In this document: piece after piece, positions 58,747 to 64,000 of the stretch
Layout: each line of letters opens with the position of its first letter
How positions within the stretch are numbered: the first letter of the stretch is position 1
From: an uncultured Kiritimatiellota bacterium
Lineage (GTDB): Bacteria; Verrucomicrobiota; Kiritimatiellia; RFP12; UBA1067
Length of the DNA stretch: 64,000 nucleotides
Assembly (NCBI GenBank): GCA_934643865.1
Contig: CAKUCX010000014.1
Coordinates: 2,538 to 66,537 of the forward strand
Direction of reading: 5' to 3'
Position numbers and translations under genes: made by a program
Notes under the pieces: generated by a model
The model's database searches: none
Told to the model about the DNA's origin: nothing
Seen by the model: only the letters and a program-made list of their open reading frames with translations

Positions 58747-61425
58747 TCAGGCGCCGGGGCGCGCGAGGAGGAAGGCGCGGGGGCCGCGCACCTCGAAGAC
58801 GACGCGCTCGCCCTCCTTCCCGAAGTAGCCGCCGTAGCCGAAGCTGATGCGCACGATGTCCTCGGCGCGCAGGCGCGCGGGCTTCGCGCTCGCAGGGACG
58901 TGGTGCGGGGAGAAGTCCGCAAACGCGCACGTCACCTCGCATGCGCCCTTCTCGGAGAGGGAGGCGAGCCCCCGGGCATACCAGTTGGCGCCGTCCCGCG
59001 TCCTGAGGAAGACGCCGCACGTGGCCTGCCCCCCCGTCGACGCGGGGACGCGCACCGAGAAGGAGACGCCCTTGGCCGTCCGGGGGAGCGGCGGCGCGCC
59101 GTAGACGAAGTTGAGGAACGCGAACGTATCGACGCCGCCCTTCGTGAGCGTCGTCTCGACGCGCCGCCAGCCGTCCGCGGCCTCCGAAAACGAGCCGTCG
59201 ACGAACGTCCCCTTCCCCAGCTCAAGGCGCGGCGCGGGCGCGGCGAGCGGCGCGAGGACGGGCTCGAACGGCGCGGCGGCGGCCGGGTCCAGACGGCCGT
59301 CGACGGGCGTCTCCGTCGTGAGGACGACGCCCCCGTAGGGCGGCAGGTCGAGCGCGAGGTCGCCCGCGCCCGACGTCGCGCGCCCGACGCGCGGGTTCCA
59401 GATGCGCGCCGCGACGCCGCCCGCGAGGCGCACCGCGCCGCTCCAGGCGTCGGGCGAATCGTTCAGGACGAAGAAGACGTCGCCCGAGGCCGTGCGCCGA
59501 TGGGCCGTGCGGAGCACGTCCTCCGGCCCGGCGACGCGCCGCAGCGCGGGCTCGTGGCGGGCGTCGAGGACGTCCGCGAGGAGGACCGTGCGGGCGTCGT
59601 CGAGGAACGTCCAGTTCGCCGCGAGGCGCGCGACCTCCGCATCGGGGAAGGCCGTGCGGGAGTTGCGGGGGCGTGCGCCGAGCGCGAGGACGAGGCCGCC
59701 CGCCTTCCTGAACGCCTCCAACTTCCGCGCCGCGCCGACGGGGAGCGTGGAGACGCCCGGCAGGAGAACCGTGCGCCAGCGCAGGTCGCCCTTCGCGAGC
59801 AGGCCGTTCCGCACCTCCGCCCGCTCAAGCGTCTCCGCGTCCACGAAGAGGAAGGAGCGATTCGCCGCGAACAGCGCGCGCCCGGCGGCGTTGACCAGAT
59901 TCGCCGTGTACCGCGCCGCCGCGCCGCCCCCGCCGTGCCGCTGGGGCTCGAAGCCGACCATGAGCGAATCCGCCGGGTAGAGGAGCGCGATGTCCGCCGC
60001 CGCGTGCCCCTCGCGCAGGAACGTGAGCGTGCGGCCGACCTCCTCGTTGATCGCGACGCGCGCGGCGCGGGAGAACGGCCTCCAGCGGTAGTAGCTCGTG
60101 AACGTGTTCACGCCGCCCCAGATCTGGCGGTTGAGCGAACCGACGACCTCCCGCGCGCTCACCTGGTAGACGGGGCGCGTGTCGCCCGGCTTGCGATGGC
60201 GCTGGCCGTAGTCGCTCGCCTCGCTCATCACGTAGCGCGACCCGTTGAGCGCGCCCGCGCTTCCGACGAGGAGCGGCGTGAGCCACGTCACCTGGGCGGG
60301 CACGCTCTGGAGCATGTCGCAGCTCGGCGCAGAGAGGCCGCGCAGGACCTTGAAGAAGTCGCCGTAGAGGGGCACGTGGGCGACGAGGCCCTCCTCGGCG
60401 AGGAGGTGCCCGCCGCTTGCGATGCCGTTCGCGTCCGCCCACTTCGTGAGCTGCCCCGTATAGTTCTTCGCCACGCGGTCGCCGACCATCGACCAGAACC
60501 GGTGGCGCGTCGCCGCGACGGCGCCCTCGGACGCGCCGTGGACGAGCGCGGGCACGTCCTCCGCGAGCGGGCGGCCCGTCTCCCGCTTCCACGCCGCGAG
60601 AAGCTCGTCGCTCACGGGCAGACAGAGGTAGGGCATCGGGCGCATCCACATCGTCATGAGCGAGGGCTCGTCCGTGAAGGTGGAGGCGATGTGCGCAAGC
60701 GCGGGCCCCAGCTCCCGCCTGTAGGCGTCGTGCGTGAGCGCGATGAACCGCGCCGTCGGCTCGGCCATGAGGAGGTTCGGGTAGGCGTACTTGTAGGGGC
60801 TCACCGAGAGGGAGATGTGCGTGCCCTCGCGGATAAAGTCGTCGGTGACGACATAGACCGTCTCGCCCGTCCCGTCCGCCGACGGGCGGCGCAGCGTCGC
60901 GACAGGCCGGCCGGGCGGCGGCGGCGGCAGGGCCGAGGAGCCGGCGGGCGTGTTCGTCACGGCGACGAGGTAGGCGCGCGCCTGCCACTCGGGGTGTCCT
61001 TCGAGCGTCTTGCCCCCCGCCGTGCCGCTGGGATAGCCCTTCTCGTCGTAGAGCCAGACGGCGAGGCCGCGCGCATGGGCCGCCTCGACCTTGTGGCGGA
61101 AGGCCGCCCAGTCGGCGGGCACGTCGAGGTAGCCGTCGAAGTTCACGTTGCCCGCGAAGCCGCCGAAGCCGTCGGCCACGAGATCGGCGAGGACGGCGTC
61201 GACCTTCGCAGGCTCGTTCGGCTGCCCGTGCTGGATCGGGAGGATGCGGGAAGCGGCGGGCGGGTTCGCGAAGCGCACGTCGCGCGGCGCGTCCTCCGGC
61301 GCATAGACGGTCCCGCCGAAGGCCGCGCAGGACGCGGCGGCAAGGAGGAACGAAGCGAGCGGACGTCCCGCGCGCGGCGTGCGCAGATGCGCGTGTTCGG
61401 CTGTCATCGAGGCTGTTCCTTTCAT
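58747..61425 (-). CDS. Secreted glycoside-hydrolase-like protein (family unassigned) with C-terminal beta-sandwich/CBM-like domain
   Basis: The 892-aa protein has a signal-like segment RPLASFLLAAASCAAFG. The N-terminal segment VRFANPPAASRILPIQH...GLAVWLYDEKGYPSG resembles the entry region of large secreted glycosidases. No family could be verified. Confidence 0.65.
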   Translation of the reverse strand: MKGTASMTAEHAHLRTPRAGRPLASFLLAAASCAAFGGTVYAPEDAPRDVRFANPPAASRILPIQHGQPNEPAKVDAVLADLVADGFGGFAGNVNFDGYLDVPADWAAFRHKVEAAHARGLAVWLYDEKGYPSGTAGGKTLEGHPEWQARAYLVAVTNTPAGSSALPPPPPGRPVATLRRPSADGTGETVYVVTDDFIREGTHISLSVSPYKYAYPNLLMAEPTARFIALTHDAYRRELGPALAHIASTFTDEPSLMTMWMRPMPYLCLPVSDELLAAWKRETGRPLAEDVPALVHGASEGAVAATRHRFWSMVGDRVAKNYTGQLTKWADANGIASGGHLLAEEGLVAHVPLYGDFFKVLRGLSAPSCDMLQSVPAQVTWLTPLLVGSAGALNGSRYVMSEASDYGQRHRKPGDTRPVYQVSAREVVGSLNRQIWGGVNTFTSYYRWRPFSRAARVAINEEVGRTLTFLREGHAAADIALLYPADSLMVGFEPQRHGGGGAAARYTANLVNAAGRALFAANRSFLFVDAETLERAEVRNGLLAKGDLRWRTVLLPGVSTLPVGAARKLEAFRKAGGLVLALGARPRNSRTAFPDAEVARLAANWTFLDDARTVLLADVLDARHEPALRRVAGPEDVLRTAHRRTASGDVFFVLNDSPDAWSGAVRLAGGVAARIWNPRVGRATSGAGDLALDLPPYGGVVLTTETPVDGRLDPAAAAPFEPVLAPLAAPAPRLELGKGTFVDGSFSEAADGWRRVETTLTKGGVDTFAFLNFVYGAPPLPRTAKGVSFSVRVPASTGGQATCGVFLRTRDGANWYARGLASLSEKGACEVTCAFADFSPHHVPASAKPARLRAEDIVRISFGYGGYFGKEGERVVFEVRGPRAFLLARPGA

Positions 61426-61470
61426 GTTATGGCTCTCTTTCCCGTCGGGTCCCTGCGCGCCGCCGGACGG

Positions 61471-64000
61471 CTAGCGCAGCAGCAGGACCGTCCCCTTCGG
61501 GCGGACATAGAGGCAGCCCGTGCCGCACACGAGGCCCGAGGGATGCGACGCATCGACGTACCCCGCGACGGGGACGCCGCCGAGGCGCAGCCGCTCGACC
61601 TCGTTCGTCCCCGTGAAGTCGAGGCACAACCTCGCCGCGTTCCGGAGGTCGAGCATGAGCGCGTCGTCGATCTCAAGCGGCGCGTCCGGCGCGGGCCTCA
61701 CGCTCACCTGGTCGATGAAGAACTCCGTGTCGGACGGATTCGCGCCCACCTGCAACGTCGTGCCGTTGGGGAGCGGCAGGCCGTTCAGCCCCCGGATGCC
61801 GAACGTGTACGTGCCGGCGGCAGGGACGTTGAAGAGCGTGCTGCGGAAGACGAAGTTCGAGGCGTAGAGCGACGGCGTGCGGAAGATCTCGTTCGTCGCG
61901 CCCTGCGCGTCCACGAGGTAGAACAGCGCCTGGTTGCCGCCGTAGTTCCGGCTCGGCGGCGCGTTCTCGTAGATCCAGAGGCGCGACCGGGCCGAGAACG
62001 CGAGACGGTACGTCCCCGCCGCCGGGAACGCGAGCGCCTGCTCGGCCGAGCCGCACTGGCAGATGTCGAGCGCGAGCCGGCTCACGCCGTAGGTGTTGCC
62101 GTAGGCCTGCTGCGCGCCGCCCGACGGCCCGACCAACCGGCACGGATCGGAGATGTAGGCCCTGCTCTTCGCGGTGCTATTCGAGAAGACCGTGGTCGAG
62201 GTGTCGAGATTGCTGCGCAGCGTCCAGGCGGAGGTGTTCGCGAACGTCCCGTTCGTCACGAGTTCGCCGCCCGCGTCCTGGCGGACAAACTCCAGCTCGT
62301 CCAGGATCGCGCAGGACGTCGTCGTCCCCGTCGACGCCACCGTCCCCCGCAGGCGCAGGCGCACGGTGCGCGGCGCATCGAACGTGACCGCCTCCGGCAG
62401 CGTGGCGCGCGTCATCCTCGCCTTGTCAACGGACGCGAGCGCACCCAGCGGCCGCACCGCGCCGCCGTCCAGAAGCTCGCCCGCGAGGCCGTTGGCGCGG
62501 TTGGGCGAACGGCCGTTCCACTTGCAGGTGCTGCCTTCCGTGTTTTGGAACGACGCCGCGCGCAGGCGCAGCTTCCACGTGCCCGCCGGGAGCGTGAAGG
62601 CGGCGGAGGTGGCGGATCCGGCGTTGCCGTAGAACGCGAGCTGCACGCCGCCGCGCGCCGAGCCCGCGCGGTAGCCGACGTTCGTCATGCCGCGCGTGAC
62701 GAGGCAGACGTCGGGGTCTGCGCCCGTCTCGTCCGACTGCGCAAGCGTCCAGTCCGCCGCCGTGTGGCCCGCGTCGCGGGCATACCGCCCGTCCCACGCC
62801 ATGTCCACCTGCTCGAAGTCCGCGTTCGGCGGGCAGACGACGGTCTCGGAGGAGAGGTCGGTGACGAGCCGGAAACGGAAGTCGTCGAGGACCGTGTGCG
62901 CATCGCCCGTCCCCACGGCATGGTCGAGGCGGAACGTGTACGCGCCCGCCCGGACGCCGCGCACGAGGAAACGCTGCTTCCGCATCGACGTACCCACGTA
63001 GCCGAAGGCCGTCCCGATCGGGGCCTCCGCGCCCGCGCCGTCGACGAGCGCGAGCTTGACCCATCCGCCCGCAACCGAGCCGGCGGCGCTGTCCATGCGC
63101 CCGCCCGTGAGGAACGTCAGCTCGTAGTCGCCGTCCGCCGGGAACGTGACCGTGTTCTCCACGACGCACCCCTGCTTGAGCGCCATGACGTTGTTCCCCT
63201 GGAAGGGGTAGTCGACGGGCCTGAACGCGTCCTTCTTCCCCCCGTCAAGCATCCAATGACCCTTCCCGCCCTCGCCGTACAGGCTCGTCAAGTTGAGGAA
63301 ATACTGGTTGGGGTATACGGCGGAGACCAGCTTCCAGTGGTCGGTCGTCTGTCCAAGGCTCAATTTCTTCTCGCCCGTCCCCGTCCAGTCCTCCATGTCC
63401 GCGTTCGGCAGCGCCGCAAAGACCTCGCCCGCGACGGCGGCAAGCCCCTTCTCGGCGGGCGGGCGGGCGGCGAGGACGAGCTCGCCCGCGCCCGAAACCA
63501 CGAGCGACTTGACCTCCTCGGGCAGGCCGGCGACGCGCACGGAGACGTCCTTCTCGAGCGCGAGCGACGCGGCCCCGGCGGCGGCCGCGTCGGGCGCGTT
63601 CGCAACGACCAGGTTGTCGTAGCCGTCGCGCGTGACCGTGTAGGCGTCGCCCGCGCGCAGGGCCAGCTGCGGCTCGCCCGCGACGAGCGTGGCGGACGCC
63701 TCCACGCGCGTCGAGCCCGCGAACGGCTCCGTCATCGAATAGGCCTGCACGCGGCCCTCCTCCGCGAGGCGCAGCGTGCCCGCGCCCGTCACCTCGGCCG
63801 GGACGGCGGCGTCCACGGCGACGACCGCGCCCGCCGCCGTGCGCACCTCGACCGCCGGCCCCGGCGCCGCCGGGCGCCACTTCCGCAGGAGGTAGGCCGC
63901 GACCTGCTCGCGCTCCAGCGCCGAGAGGCGGTTCGTGAAGACGACCACCTCGCCGAGCGCGTCGCCACCGGCGCGGCGGTACTGGGCGCTCCAGATGTTG
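61471..64000 (-). CDS. Giant secreted LamG/CBM-like surface protein, N-terminus beyond the right window edge; GTVLLLR C-terminus
   Basis: The reading frame remains open upstream of the track start (GTG at 63948) to the window end: ...NIWSAQYRRAGGDALGEVVVFTNRLSALEREQVAAYLLRKW, a LamG tail hallmark. The architecture and C-terminal module are shared with 15655..18852. Confidence 0.8.
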   Translation of the reverse strand, partial: NIWSAQYRRAGGDALGEVVVFTNRLSALEREQVAAYLLRKWRPAAPGPAVEVRTAAGAVVAVDAAVPAEVTGAGTLRLAEEGRVQAYSMTEPFAGSTRVEASATLVAGEPQLALRAGDAYTVTRDGYDNLVVANAPDAAAAGAASLALEKDVSVRVAGLPEEVKSLVVSGAGELVLAARPPAEKGLAAVAGEVFAALPNADMEDWTGTGEKKLSLGQTTDHWKLVSAVYPNQYFLNLTSLYGEGGKGHWMLDGGKKDAFRPVDYPFQGNNVMALKQGCVVENTVTFPADGDYELTFLTGGRMDSAAGSVAGGWVKLALVDGAGAEAPIGTAFGYVGTSMRKQRFLVRGVRAGAYTFRLDHAVGTGDAHTVLDDFRFRLVTDLSSETVVCPPNADFEQVDMAWDGRYARDAGHTAADWTLAQSDETGADPDVCLVTRGMTNVGYRAGSARGGVQLAFYGNAGSATSAAFTLPAGTWKLRLRAASFQNTEGSTCKWNGRSPNRANGLAGELLDGGAVRPLGALASVDKARMTRATLPEAVTFDAPRTVRLRLRGTVASTGTTTSCAILDELEFVRQDAGGELVTNGTFANTSAWTLRSNLDTSTTVFSNSTAKSRAYISDPCRLVGPSGGAQQAYGNTYGVSRLALDICQCGSAEQALAFPAAGTYRLAFSARSRLWIYENAPPSRNYGGNQALFYLVDAQGATNEIFRTPSLYASNFVFRSTLFNVPAAGTYTFGIRGLNGLPLPNGTTLQVGANPSDTEFFIDQVSVRPAPDAPLEIDDALMLDLRNAARLCLDFTGTNEVERLRLGGVPVAGYVDASHPSGLVCGTGCLYVRPKGTVLLLR

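Noticed and set aside
1-64000. Mobile elements, prophage, defence systems, toxin-antitoxin pairs, tRNA/rRNA genes
   Set aside because: I looked through all intergenic regions and all plausible ORFs. I saw no transposase, integrase, recombinase, Cas, restriction, reverse-transcriptase or small paired-gene signatures, and no cloverleaf-like tRNA candidates. A tRNAscan/Infernal/HMM run would be needed to exclude them formally.

Overview
The window is a visibly GC-rich bacterial chromosomal segment (exact GC not computed). I call 36 protein-coding genes, 31 of them on the minus strand. I recognised no rRNA, tRNA, CRISPR array, transposase, integrase or phage gene.

Housekeeping genes are dapA-dapB, pyrH, nth, sdhCAB/frdCAB, rnr, secG, hisI, gltX, an RRM RNA-binding protein and a DHH phosphoesterase. 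They are interleaved with a glycan-utilisation-type accessory set:
- giant signal-peptide proteins carrying LamG, PATR-repeat, CBM-like, beta-helix, six-hairpin or TIM-like glycosidase-type domains
- two XylR(AraC)-type regulators
- a hybrid sensor kinase with periplasmic solute-binding repeats
- a translationally coupled Fe-ADH / DeoC / FGGY-kinase cassette
- an HzsA-like protein with two CxxCH motifs

This domain content suggests a PVC-superphylum organism (inference only).

The supplied ORF track has three main limitations:
- It misses one real gene at the left edge (1..2530, minus) because that gene has no stop in the window.
- It truncates one gene at the right edge (61471..64000).
- Most of its long plus-strand ORFs are antisense shadows typical of high-GC DNA.

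Most interesting observations:
1. Three giant secreted proteins share a C-terminal module ending G-T-(L/V)-L-(L/V)-x-R-stop, a possible unrecognised sorting tag.
2. A long operon led by the diheme HzsA-like protein has a roughly 300-nt leader full of 38-bp repeats. It is followed by a kinase / class I aldolase / aldehyde reductase module and a fused two-domain glycosidase.
3. REP-like palindromic tandem arrays, including an exact 225-bp duplication, bracket a double-thioredoxin gene.
4. A recurrent extended -10 motif (TGnTAnnnT) often sits 6-11 nt from the start codon, which implies leaderless mRNAs.
5. A roughly 72-nt conserved promoter block is shared by two distant operons.
6. An orphan leaderless gene is embedded in three different repeat families.
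7. Heptamer, G-quadruplex and homopolymer tracts lie in promoter regions.

All product calls rest on motif recognition by eye. No database search was possible.
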